From Histomonas meleagridis 2922-C6/04-290x (lineage: Eukaryota > Protista > Parabasalia): 39,058 nucleotides of DNA. This document shows, piece by piece, positions 9,838 to 21,058 of the stretch. Position 1 is the stretch's first letter. Every line of letters begins with the position of its first letter. The notes below the pieces were generated by a model. That model was given only the letters and a program-made list of their open reading frames with translations. It made no database searches and had not been told where the DNA came from. The stretch lies in contig JAANOX010000139.1 of assembly GCA_020184695.1 (NCBI GenBank), forward strand, positions 1 to 39,058, given 5' to 3'. The translations under genes were made by a program, and so were the position numbers.

Positions 9838-11553
9838 ATGATGAACCCACTGCCTTCCCTTGGCGAGAATTCTCGGCAAGAAGATACAAACCAAGAAGGA
9901 AGTGAATGGGAAATGTTTCAAGATGTTGTTCATCCAATGTCTATTGATGAAATTAATGAAAGATACAAAAGCATTGGAATACTATCACAGACAAGAAACT
10001 CAACGGTTAGGCTAAGCATTCACAACAAAACAGGCGAAAAAGTTGTTATGAAAATTATTAATAAATCAACTGTTGACGATGCAAAAAAAAGGCTATTACT
10101 ATATCGTGAAATACGTACTCTTCAAGTTCTAGGTGACCAAAAACACATTACAGAACTTTACGAAGTCATCGATTCAGGTGATCGAATCTGGGTTGTAATG
10201 GAATATGCAGCAGGAGGTGAATTATTTGACTTTGTTAAAGCCAAAGCTCCGCTTGTTGAATCTGATGCACGAGAAATATTTCGGCCTATTGTTCGTGTTG
10301 TTGCTTATATGCATTCAGTTCATCTAGTTCATAGAGATCTCAAACTTGAAAACATTCTTCTTGATTCCAATGGTCGATTAATGATTGCTGACTTTGGGTT
10401 TTCCCGATTTTATGAACCAGCCAATGGATTAATAGATTCGATTTGTGGAACTCCTCAGTATTCTCCGCCGGAGATTATTCAAGGTCAACTTCATAATCCC
10501 ATATATGCAGATTCTTGGTGTTTAGGCATCATTCTTTTTATGTTATTTTTTGGCCGTTTTCCTTTTACTGGTGTTTCCATACCAGACCTTCTCCAGTCCA
10601 TTGTTAAAGCTGACTACACATTCCCTTTTCAGATATCAGAGTCGGCAACTGACTTACTTCACCACCTCATCACCCTTGATCCCGGCGACCGTTACACGGC
10701 CTCTGAAATTATGAAAACGAAATGGTACAACAAAAACCGTTTACCGCACCCACCCAAACCTGTACACAAAGAGCGTATTCATGTAGCAGTCCTTCGTGAC
10801 ATGGGCTGCCAACAAGATATTTCAATGAATGAGCTTGATAAGTTATCAGATGACGATTTAGTAACTTATCGAATTATTCATCGAAGATATCAAATAGGAA
10901 TAGCACAATTGCCACCTCTGACTGGCCTACCTCACCTTGATATGTCAAATAGAGTCGGAAGATTAGATACAAGAAGATCTCATAATTCTATTTCAGATCA
11001 GAAAAAAGAAACTGCACAACCTCGAGCTAAAACCCCCTTTGGAATGGACTCGGCAACATGCAAAGAGCGCATTCCAAACGCTGACCCATATATAATTGTA
11101 AAAAAGATGAAAGTTTCACCAGCGCAACGAATCCAACAACGCAAATCAATATCAAGTCGAACCAATTTGTATTCCAACAACAACAAGAACAAAAACAACA
11201 TTTCCCGAATGAATATACGAAATTTGCAAACAATGCGATTTCGCTCAATTACTAATGAGGAGAAAACTTTGCCGCAATTTAACTGCAAACATACAACACT
11301 TGATAGTCCTAAAGTGTTATGGGAGAAATTATTTAAATTTTTGGAAAGAGAAAAAAATATTTCGATTCTTTCCGAACAAAATTTTTGTTTATATTTGTTG
11401 GTTAAGGACCAAAATGAATTATATGTGTCATTGAATATCGGATGTGTGCACCCCGGATTCGGATTAATTGGGTTCTCATTATATAAAATCAAAGGTAATG
11501 ATAACGAATTTAAAGAATTCGAAAATAAAGTAACAGAATATTTTGGATTTTAA
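9838..11553 (+). CDS. CAMK-family (AMPK/SNF1/MARK-like) Ser/Thr kinase with a KA1-like C-terminal domain
   Basis: Kinase motifs VVMK, HRDLKLEN, IADFGFS, CGTPQYSPPE and DSWCLG. The glycine-rich loop is degenerate (LSQTRNSTV). A C-terminal beta-rich domain follows. Confidence 0.9.
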   Translation: MMNPLPSLGENSRQEDTNQEGSEWEMFQDVVHPMSIDEINERYKSIGILSQTRNSTVRLSIHNKTGEKVVMKIINKSTVDDAKKRLLLYREIRTLQVLGDQKHITELYEVIDSGDRIWVVMEYAAGGELFDFVKAKAPLVESDAREIFRPIVRVVAYMHSVHLVHRDLKLENILLDSNGRLMIADFGFSRFYEPANGLIDSICGTPQYSPPEIIQGQLHNPIYADSWCLGIILFMLFFGRFPFTGVSIPDLLQSIVKADYTFPFQISESATDLLHHLITLDPGDRYTASEIMKTKWYNKNRLPHPPKPVHKERIHVAVLRDMGCQQDISMNELDKLSDDDLVTYRIIHRRYQIGIAQLPPLTGLPHLDMSNRVGRLDTRRSHNSISDQKKETAQPRAKTPFGMDSATCKERIPNADPYIIVKKMKVSPAQRIQQRKSISSRTNLYSNNNKNKNNISRMNIRNLQTMRFRSITNEEKTLPQFNCKHTTLDSPKVLWEKLFKFLEREKNISILSEQNFCLYLLVKDQNELYVSLNIGCVHPGFGLIGFSLYKIKGNDNEFKEFENKVTEYFGF

Positions 11554-11662
11554 TGTATGAATAAATATATGTATATATGTAATTTCGAAATGTCTTTTTT
11601 ATATTGTGAATCAAATGTAATTGAATGGTGAACGATTATTTTCTATTCAATTCCTGAATAAC

Positions 11663-11686
11663 AAATTAGAATTGCAATTCTAATTT
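11663..11686. repeat. 24-bp perfect palindrome
   Basis: AAATTAGAATTGCAATTCTAATTT. Confidence 0.9.
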
Positions 11687-12115
11687 TATCTTAAATATAT
11701 TGACTTAATATAACACTCAAAGCGCTTCGAACTAAATGCATTTATCATTGAATGGAATTTCTTGGTCAAAATGAAACAATATCAAAGTCTAAAACAAAAA
11801 AATGTACTTCAAGATGAAACCTGTTTAAGAAAGTAGGATATCTTTCTCAAATTTATAAAAGCCATTCCATTTGAGTGTGGGAGACGTCTCCCATCGGCCA
11901 GAAATTTCAAAGTTTGGATCAAAACTTAGATCTTGTGTATTGAATTGTTCTAAACCTATTCTGTTTTGATTGTCATCAGATTTATACTCACAGGTTAAGG
12001 GTCGCACATTTGGCTCTCCATTTTTATTTCCCTTGTGGTTGCTTTGATTGTTTGACATTATTAGAATAATGAAAATATTTTCAATTGAATTTTCAATCCC
12101 AGGAACCTTTCTGGC

Positions 12116-12967
12116 AAAAATTTTTTCATGTTGTAAGTCGAAATTTCGGCAACATGTTGCTGAAATTAACGGTCGATAAACGGTTGCCAATTTTCAAAAC
12201 CTTATTAATTCAAAAAGTCGAATACGTCAAAATATATCGAGGTGGCTAATGTAATTATTTTCAACGTACTCTATCGTGTTCAAATCAAGTAAAGTATTTA
12301 ATTTCATTGGTTACTTTACAGAAAAGTGACGTCGAAACAAACTGAGTGGGGAGTCCCCAAATGAACAAATTTTGGATATCAAAAACAATAACAAATGACC
12401 CGGAGTGCTGGTATATATCAAGAACAATTCTTGGTTGAATATATAATATTTAAATTTTCAGAGGCAGCAGAAGAATTATTATAATTTTAAAAAGGCAGTT
12501 ACATAAATATAAGAAGAATAGAATTTATATATATTATTTAAGGTCAAAAGAAGATAATCAGATTTAGTGTCTAGATAAAATGCTTGACCAATTTTTGTTT
12601 GACTATTAATTTATAATACATCCATTAGAAATGGTTTTAAGAAATCTTTCGACTTATATATGGGTTATTGATCATTAAATTTGTGGAGTGCCCCAGCATC
12701 TGGGACGGGCCGATGATAAAGATACGATAGAGCTTTTTGAACATGTCCAAAAAGCTCTATCGTATCTTTATCGTAAAAGTGACATCAATGTAAACGAATT
12801 GAATAGTTTACATCAAATATAAAGTATTGAAAAAGATCAAAAATATTCTGACTCATCAACTTTTTAGATAAATTTTAATCGTTAAATATTTTGTTATATG
12901 TAAACTATGCAAAAAGTGGTGATATATCACGGTCGACCGTTAATTTCGACTTACAGAAAAAATTTTT
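12116..12967. mobile_element. Putative non-autonomous element bounded by inverted repeats, with internal palindromes
   Basis: Segments 12116-12127, 12132-12145 and 12162-12176 are exact reverse complements of 12956-12967, 12942-12955 and 12933-12947. There is an internal near-perfect 58-nt palindrome at 12715-12772. No TSD or coding capacity was identified. Confidence 0.45.
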
Positions 12968-13117
12968 TCAAAATGTTCTGAAATTTTATAAAATGTCAAA
13001 ACACGCTAGAATTCAAGGGTCAAAATTTTTAAGTCTTCATTTGATTTTGTAGGCTATTACACTAATTTTTCAAATAACATCATATGATTTATTTAAATAA
13101 AAAATAATTTTCATGTA

Positions 13118-15928
13118 TCAAATCTTCTCATATTTTGTGTTATCTCTACCACAAGACACCACGAATTTCCAAATTTCTGATATTTTATCATCGAGTTTTA
13201 CCCAGAACTCGTTATTTGGTAACTTAACTTCTCCTGTTCTGATATATATAAAAATAACTCCAACGCCCAAATAACATATCAAACAGAGCAAAATGATAAA
13301 TCCGATTATAGCGCCAACCGAAGTTTTAGAATATGAACGTGGACAAACATTTTTAGTATTTACATAAATACCAATTTTATCATTCATGAAATCGCCTATT
13401 TTTTGGAATTCGAAATCATTTTTATTACCATTTTCATCGCATACGAAATATAATTCGGTATCATACGGTGGATATTCGCCGCCAATGTTTACTTTAACGA
13501 TACCATTTTTATCCAATAACTTGAAATCCAATTTTTGTTCTGAATCACCAATTGGAATACAAATGTTATTTATAATTGTTGAGTTAATACATAACCATAA
13601 GTTCGCGTTAACATCATTAATACATTTATAATTATTTGGACATTTTGTTTTGGTATAAGGACTATAAGTAACAAATGATTTCATATATTTCTTTTTATCT
13701 CCAAATATTACATAACTTTCTTTAGTTTTTGTGAATTTTTTGAGATTTAATTCAATGATTTTATTTTCATTCAGTTTATATGTTACGTCATATTTAATCG
13801 AATTATTATGTTGTGGAATTGGTGTAATTAATGGCGATGGTGGTAACGAAGGCTTATAAAATGATTTCGGACATATGTAACCTGAATCCATTTTAATCAC
13901 AAAGTTTTGTGTGTTAGAAAGTTCATTATATTCGATAATCGATGCTTGATCAAATGGTATTGATAAGTTATCTTCTAAATTAGAACATAACACATTAAAC
14001 TTAGTTTGAATGCCATATGCACCTTCATATGTTAATATCGCTCCATCGATATCATTTTGCTCGAAAAAGTTCATCGAGAATTTAATTCGTTTATCTGCTG
14101 ATGGATGGCAATATTTTGTTCCATTATTTTCGACCCAACAAATCCATAAATTGGAAGTGTTAACATTACCACCGCATAAATAATTATTTGGGCAATTAGT
14201 TAATATCCATGGATGATATTTAATATATACATTACCATAATTCGAATCGGATATAATTAATTCATTACCTTCATAAACACTTTGTTTTAATTCATCTAAA
14301 TTTATATTGATATAATGTGTATCATTGTAAATAATATCAAAAGGATTAGGTGATACTAATGGAGTTGGTGTCGCAGTATAACCTTTTGTAGGTATTTTAG
14401 GATGCCATGTGTATGAAGGCTTAGGTGTTGGTCCTATATTTATTGGACATGCGTCTTTAGATTCGACTTCAAACATTAATTTATGTCCTGTTAAATTTAA
14501 TACTTTTGGAATTATTATTTCGTTTTCTTTCAAATTCTCATTACATACATATGTTATATCTGCTGTACGTTTTATGTCGCCTTTATATAATGCTAAAATT
14601 CCCGAAAACAAATCACTTTCTTCATATAATTCCATTGTTACATTATTGATAGCTAACCCGTAACCAATGCAATTGCTTTGACTTGATATGTCATGACATA
14701 ACCAAATTTGCGCATCTTCATCGCCATCACAAAACGCGTTTTTAGGACATGAAATATGTCCGCATGGATTATATAACAATTTACGTTGATAATGGTTACC
14801 AATATGATCATAAACTTCGACAATTTGTTCATAACCATTTGGATCTTTATTATATTTAGTTAAGTTAATATTTAATGAATAATTCTTTTGCTCAGTCGAA
14901 AAATGACACGAATATGGATCTGGTGATGGAATTGGTGTAACACATAACTCTTCCGATTGGCCAAGGATACTAAAGACTTCATCATTTAGTTCCCCTTGTG
15001 GTGACCAAAAGAAATGATCATTCGGAAAGTTATGTTTACATCGCATATAAATTTCAGATTTCTTGTTATTAAATGTGTTATTTAAACGTAATATCATTCC
15101 ATTTGTTGGTTGCGCGCCGATTTGATCAAAGTCCATGTTATCTACACTTACTCCATATGAGGTACAAATTCGTGATGAATTACAAAGCCATGATGATGAA
15201 TATATATCAGTTCCTTCAACACAAATATATGTGGACGGACATTGCACACGTTCACAGGGTTGGAAAAATAATTCATGTTCTTCGTTTTTAATGGTTATCG
15301 GAATTTTTATGCCAAATGGCCCGCCATTTAAGGTGGATAAATCAATGTCTAAACCGACTTTGGGATTGGTAGATAACCTTTTGATGTATTTACAATGTGG
15401 TTGATACATTGGCGTGGGGCTAGGTGAAGCTGTTGGAATTGGACATCCAGCAGATGAGTTCATGGTGACTATAAATAGTCCTGCTTCGGATGCGTCATCA
15501 ACTTCAACTGATATTGGAATATCACTTGAGGTTTGAGTTGGATCACAATATATTCTAAATTCAAGATCTAAAGTATGATATAAATTGTCATCTTCTAGAT
15601 AAGGCTCACTGCTTGCATGATAAAGAATACCTTTTGAAAAGTCATGTGAATAAAGTGGTTTGTAATCAAATGAGTTTTGAGTAATTACATTTCGACAAAA
15701 TCCTGATTCCATTGAGCATTGCATTAAAAACACATCCATTTCTTTGTAAACATGCCCTGTGTTTTGAGGGCAGAGTCTAAAAAGATAAGTATATTTGTCA
15801 GATCTATAAGTATCTGCACCTCTTTTCATAAACATTGTTAAATTATAATAATTGGTATCAAGGATGGCTTCGCAATCTCCACGAAATATATTATAAGAAA
15901 AAGTAATGCATGTGAACAAAAAGAACAT
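13118..15928 (-). CDS. Mannose-6-phosphate-receptor/ATG27-like type I membrane protein with about five MRH-like domains, about 936 aa
   Basis: Signal-like MFFLFTCITFS, then five Cys-patterned domains (I.L..LN / F.PC...CP / W.C / CP) separated by Pro/Thr linkers. These are followed by a TM helix, LPNNEFW (ATG27/M6PR-type cytosolic motif) and a C-terminal YEKI YxxPhi sorting motif. The ORF-track GTG start (15952) is replaced by ATG 15928. Confidence 0.75.
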   Translation of the reverse strand: MFFLFTCITFSYNIFRGDCEAILDTNYYNLTMFMKRGADTYRSDKYTYLFRLCPQNTGHVYKEMDVFLMQCSMESGFCRNVITQNSFDYKPLYSHDFSKGILYHASSEPYLEDDNLYHTLDLEFRIYCDPTQTSSDIPISVEVDDASEAGLFIVTMNSSAGCPIPTASPSPTPMYQPHCKYIKRLSTNPKVGLDIDLSTLNGGPFGIKIPITIKNEEHELFFQPCERVQCPSTYICVEGTDIYSSSWLCNSSRICTSYGVSVDNMDFDQIGAQPTNGMILRLNNTFNNKKSEIYMRCKHNFPNDHFFWSPQGELNDEVFSILGQSEELCVTPIPSPDPYSCHFSTEQKNYSLNINLTKYNKDPNGYEQIVEVYDHIGNHYQRKLLYNPCGHISCPKNAFCDGDEDAQIWLCHDISSQSNCIGYGLAINNVTMELYEESDLFSGILALYKGDIKRTADITYVCNENLKENEIIIPKVLNLTGHKLMFEVESKDACPINIGPTPKPSYTWHPKIPTKGYTATPTPLVSPNPFDIIYNDTHYININLDELKQSVYEGNELIISDSNYGNVYIKYHPWILTNCPNNYLCGGNVNTSNLWICWVENNGTKYCHPSADKRIKFSMNFFEQNDIDGAILTYEGAYGIQTKFNVLCSNLEDNLSIPFDQASIIEYNELSNTQNFVIKMDSGYICPKSFYKPSLPPSPLITPIPQHNNSIKYDVTYKLNENKIIELNLKKFTKTKESYVIFGDKKKYMKSFVTYSPYTKTKCPNNYKCINDVNANLWLCINSTIINNICIPIGDSEQKLDFKLLDKNGIVKVNIGGEYPPYDTELYFVCDENGNKNDFEFQKIGDFMNDKIGIYVNTKNVCPRSYSKTSVGAIIGFIILLCLICYLGVGVIFIYIRTGEVKLPNNEFWVKLDDKISEIWKFVVSCGRDNTKYEKI

Positions 15929-16189
15929 ATTTTGGGATGATGGATAAGGCACAGTATTTCAAAGCAAAAACCGTAAATTGTACTCAAATTTTTTCATGAA
16001 TTTCTGATACCTATCGTATATCAAAACTGTAATTAACCGATAAATTTGGTCGAAATTATTACGTTTATTTTTATACCATGGCTAAATATGAAATATTTCT
16101 GTTATTTTTTTTGTGAGGGGTATAAAAACGTTTATTTTTATTTCTCATAAAATTGTTTTTTATGCGAAAGAAAACTGGTGAAATATTTT

Positions 16190-16900
16190 ATTAGATAACT
16201 TTAAAATACAATTGGTTAATGAATTTTTCTTCTTGAAAATCTTGTGCAAATGGATCTTCTTCAATATTTGAGATATTTATTGTTGAAATTGATTTATTGT
16301 ATCCATTTCTTCAGGTTCTGAATTTTCATTTTCTTCAATTTTGTTTTTGAATTTCTTTTATGAATAAAGAATATAATGATGATTACAGTATGATAAGATT
16401 CGCTTCGCGTGATTTGCTACGCTTCATATATACGAATTCTATGTTGAGATATATGGATGGATGACATAGAAACAAATGAACTGTTTGAAACAAATGAATA
16501 GTTCTTTAAATGATAAGGAAATTCGCAGAGTTATTGAATTTGATGTATAAAATTTATTCGAATTCTTATATATAAATGTGCTTGATTGTGAGAATGTGTT
16601 ACTTTGAGAAAATGTATTTGATTTTGTGAATTCATTCGATTGAGAAAACGGATGAGATTGCTAAAATGCATTTGAATGTGAAAATTTATTCACTAAAATA
16701 ACTACATCATCAATTATAAATTGGGATTCCGAGCTTGGCTTATCATTTTAAAATGAAATTTTATCCATAATAAGCATGATATACATGTTAGCAACAATGA
16801 AATAACACATTTATACCGGAATATATGATATGTGTATATGATATAAACACTTGAAATATAGGACTCAAAAATCTGCTTTGTCAAATTCTTTCCCAATACC
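16190..16900 (-). pseudogene. Decayed surface-protein gene (BspA/Pmp-type stalk, TM, acidic tail)
   Basis: Minus-strand fragments FSQSNEFTKSNTFSQSNTFSQSSTF, TVIIIIFFIHKRNSK and EDPFAQDFQEE occur in different frames with stops. Confidence 0.6.
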
Positions 16901-17479
16901 TTAAGTACACCAGATTTTAATCATGTTGGAACAATAGGGAAAAAAATTGATTTTGTTTATTATATTGATCAATATTATGGTACTCCTTTGCAATATTTTC
17001 TAATGTCTTTTAACCACATCTCCTCGACATTACGAAAAGATTTTGGAGAAAAAAGGGAAAAACATGTTATTTAAACGTCTGCAAAAGAATATGAAATTCA
17101 TCTGAGCTTTTCATATTCTTCTTGACCTGGTGTCTACCAAAATCCGGTTTCTCGATCGAGAGCCCACCTAACCTTAGGGGGTGATGATGTTCACTCCCTT
17201 CATTTTAGCTGTTTTTTGCTCTTCAAAATTTTTCGAACTGTATTTTTGTCCCCTATTCCAAAACAAGCACATTTAAACTTAAAAATTACACGGACGTTGA
17301 ATTTCAAGATGTAATTTTTCCAAAATCCTGTTGTTTTAGTTTTAGTAATTGGCCCATACCCTCTACCAGAGCAAGCTCAATATTTATTTTCAAACTCACT
17401 TATTTAAACTAAACTAAAATATTCGACCTTTCAATATGAAAATCATTTTCTCGTACTCTATCAATCGGACAGAATATAT

Positions 17480-18522
17480 AACTCATATGAATGTCCAACT
17501 AGTGAAAATGCATTTATGTTTCTCCTTAACGATTGGCTTATTGAAAATCGTGGGAATGTCAAAACTCTAAATGATTTAAAGGCAACATTATCTTCAACAT
17601 TATACACTCATAAGCAAATAAAAATATGTTAATGATGCTAATTTTAATTTATATCTTGCACTTCCATAAATTGGTTCGTGCGATTTAATTACAGCTAAAC
17701 CCGAACTTTTTGATGAACTTAATATGTCAAATGAAATGCTTTTGCTATTTCGTTCACAAGACCTTACAATTGTTCCTGTTCAAAATAGTACATCTTCGAT
17801 ATTAGAAAAATCAATTCTATTATACAAAGAATTCATAAAATATGATATAATGCAAGAAAACATAATATTTGCTGCTATTTTTAGGCGGGGATTTGAAAAT
17901 TTGTATTTCCAGAAATCAGGTTTGGTTCCATATCATTTCCCCGAACGATATTACTTTTCCTAACTTTTATGTTTTTAATCCAGATAATGGTTATTTCTAT
18001 CACACGACAGATTGTTTGATAACGTTGAATTCAAACGTTGAAATATTTCAGCGAGGAAATACCTGAAATTATCGAAAATGAAAGTGTCCAAAAAATTGTT
18101 GGGTTAACTTACAAAGATCTCATAGAAAGCGAGAGCTACGATGCAGTCGTTCTCTTCCCACCAGAATTTGGTCCAAAAGAAGTTTTCCAAATTTTCGAAA
18201 ACGCCGATGAGTGGCAAAAAGTGGCAATGATAAAATAAAGTTTGGAATTTTGGATCCGATACGAAACGCTTCACCTTTAGGTTTTCCTGTTTTTGTTCAA
18301 AGGCCACACATCGAAATATTTCCAAGAATGCTATCCTTAATGAATTGAAGTGGATTTTTGAGGTTTTTGAATGATTTCTCAACATCAAATTTTGATCTCG
18401 ATATCCCTGAATTGACAAAGGAAGAGGCATTAAGGGAAACAGACGAACTAGCTCCGAAATATGAGTTACTACCAGAGAACATTAAATACAGAAATATGTG
18501 GAAACAAAATTGGCGAAATTAA
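17480..18522 (+). pseudogene. Multiply frameshifted gene, C-terminal part thioredoxin/PDI-like
   Basis: Protein-like segments continue across overlapping ORFs 17724-17963, 17869-18066 and 18038-18238, then on to ...FDLDIPELTKEEALRE...WRN* at 18522. VQKIVGLTYKDLIESESYDAVVLF resembles a PDI a' domain start. Confidence 0.5.
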
Positions 18523-19034
18523 CAAATTTGAATCCTTTTGCTGTAATTTTGTAAAAATTCATTTGTAAGTGTTTACTTATATATAAATTTTCTAACTAAG
18601 GGTGTAGTTCTGAAGATTTGGCAAAAATTAATTAATTTAATATTTTCACCAAACATTTCAAAATTATTTGGATTATTTGATAAATAATGAGCGCTCGTTT
18701 TATATTAAATCATATATTTTTATTCATAAATAAAAAAGACCAGCACCACTTCATATAAAAGTTGCATTTGCATAAATGTTGGAGAAGTTGTTTTTTCATG
18801 TATTTTCACTTTTTCTCAAAAATTTTAATAAAAATGATACACGATAATAGTTTAGTAAATAAACACATCTAATATACAATATTACGATATAGGGAATATT
18901 CCAAAATTCCCGAAAAATAGGTAATGGCCATTATTAACATAAAATATTTCAAGACTTAAAGTTTGAGGAACTCTTCTTTCATGAAAACGAACAAACAACA
19001 CGCAAAATAGTATATAAAAAATAAATAAAAAAAG

Positions 19035-20060
19035 CAAATAATTTATTACACTTACAACAAAGAAGATCTTAATGATTCTTTTATTTATGTTGTAGCATAT
19101 AATGAAAATATATTTCTTGTTATAGATTTCTTTAAAGAAAACCAACTTCCAGAAGACATATTAGTTAATTCAACTGTATCATTTAATATTGAACTTGTTA
19201 AATATATATTAAAACAAGAAGGAATTAATATTAATGCTCAAAATATTTATTTGTTTTATTTTGTATTTATTTTAATAATTTTATATTTCAAAATAATATT
19301 TGGAAATTATTTAAATTATTTTATACAGCACTTATTAGAGCATCTGGAAATGGTCATACTGAAATAGTTAAGTTGCTTCTTGAACAAGAAGGAATTGATA
19401 TTAATGCTAAAAATATTTATTCAAAATTTATTATAATAATTTGATATATCAAAATAATATTTGGAAATTATTTAAATTATTTAGAACAGCACTTATTTAT
19501 GCATCTAGTGAAGGTCATACAAAAATAGTCAAATTACTTCTTGAACAAGAAGGAATTGATATTAATGCTCAAGATAATTTTTATTTTAATAATTTAATAT
19601 TTCAAAATAATATTTGGAAATTATTTAAATTATTTAATACAGCACTTATATTAGCTTCTTCAGAAGGTCATACAGAAATAGTTAAATTACTTCTTGAACA
19701 AGAAGGAATTGATATTAGTGCTCAAGATAATTTTTATTTTAATAATTTAATATTTCAAAATAATATTTGAAAATTATTTAAATTATTTAATACAGCACTT
19801 ATATTAGCTTCTTCAGAAGGTCATACAGAAATAGTTAAATTACTTCTTGAACAAGAAGGAATTGATATTAATGCTAAAGATATTTATTTGTTTTATTAAA
19901 AATTTATTTTAATAATTTGAAAATTCAAAATAATATTTGGAAATTATTTAAATTATTTATAACAGCACTTATGTATGCAGACTGGAATGGTCATACAGAA
20001 ATAGTTAAATTACTTCTCGAACAAAAAGGAATTGATGTTCAAGGATATCAATACAACTGA
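19035..20060 (+). CDS. Ankyrin-repeat gene 1: five ANK modules, each preceded by a non-coding-looking insert; 5' end uncertain or degraded
   Basis: Modules (TAL..AS..GHTEIVKLLLEQEGIDINAK) start at 19325, 19486, 19639, 19792 and 19962. Inserts are 83, 74, 66, 66 and 83 nt. The gene ends GIDVQGYQYN* at 20060. Confidence 0.65.
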
Positions 20061-20689
20061 TTTGGATGGTAGAATATTTTCGAATTTTTCTCATTAAAAA
20101 AATGTTTCTGCACAAGATTTAGAGAACATTTTAGATGTGGTTTTTAGTGGGCAAATTCACTTGTGAAAGGTTTTGGCAGCAAATGGTGAATTAAGCTATA
20201 ATCCAAGGAAGTTGATCAAAAATGCATGAATGTTTGAGACTCAAATAAACTATTCAATCTCTTCGATAATTATCAAAAAATGACATATTTGCAAATAATT
20301 TTACAATCAATTCAAAAATTCAGAGCAAATTTTTGGCGCCATTTTTTTTTTTTATTTTATTTTCGATGTTATCTCGCCATATAAATGAAAATTTAAAAAA
20401 TGAGATAATATTTTGAATATACTAAAATTATTTTTGTTTATTATGTTATTTGATATTCATAGAAAAAACGTGTGACAAAATGTCTGAAATGTTCCCAACC
20501 TTTTTTGATGACAATCATTTTATTTTAAAAAACAAAATTTTTATAATTTCAATGGAAATTTTATGGATAGCTTTGGACTTTTGCTAGTTTTTTGAAATTT
20601 TTCATAGAGCTTTTTGAAACTTGAAAATAAATTTTCCTTCTTCATAAACCATTCAATTTTGAATATTCAATAACCGTCACAAATTTTAC

Positions 20690-21000
20690 ATTGTGCTGGT
20701 GAATCGAAATGAAATGCAAGCCACCCAATTCTATTTACGTCTTCTGCAATTGTAATTATTTTAAACTTAGCAAAACAAAATGAATAAACTCCAATCGATG
20801 TAACTGTGCTTGGAATTACAAGACTTTTAATTCATCCTAGATAGCGCCAAATTTCATTGAAATTATTTCCACTATAAAGAATTCGAATAATATCAACGGC
20901 ATAATTCATTCTTATTTACGTTAAACTATAATAAACTGGTTGACGGAAAAGCAGTATCTTCAATAAAAGCAAACAAAGTCAAAAACCGATACGACGCATT
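20690..21000 (-). pseudogene. BspA-like LRR fragment
   Basis: LVIPSTVTSIGVYSFCFAKFKIITIAEDVNRIGWLAF on the minus strand, flanked by stops, directly downstream of the intact BspA gene. Confidence 0.55.
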
Positions 21001-21058
21001 CAAAAAGTTTATTGAAAACTTGCACAAAGTAAAGTATACAAATGTTCAATATAAAAAT

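Noticed and set aside
11825-12190. 121-aa minus-strand ORF (possible real start MSNNQSNHKG at about 12058 with TCATT)
   Set aside because: No recognisable domain, the 5' part overlaps the inverted-repeat element, and it may be a truncated pseudogene; not supportable as a CDS.
17140-17200. GC-rich patch with palindrome TCTCGATCGAGA and a TGATGA (box C-like) motif
   Set aside because: No properly placed box D, terminal stem or guide sequence was identified; insufficient for a snoRNA or TE-end call.
18104-18482. Minus-strand ORFs 18104-18430 and 18297-18482
   Set aside because: They are antisense to the more protein-like plus-strand thioredoxin-type pseudogene.
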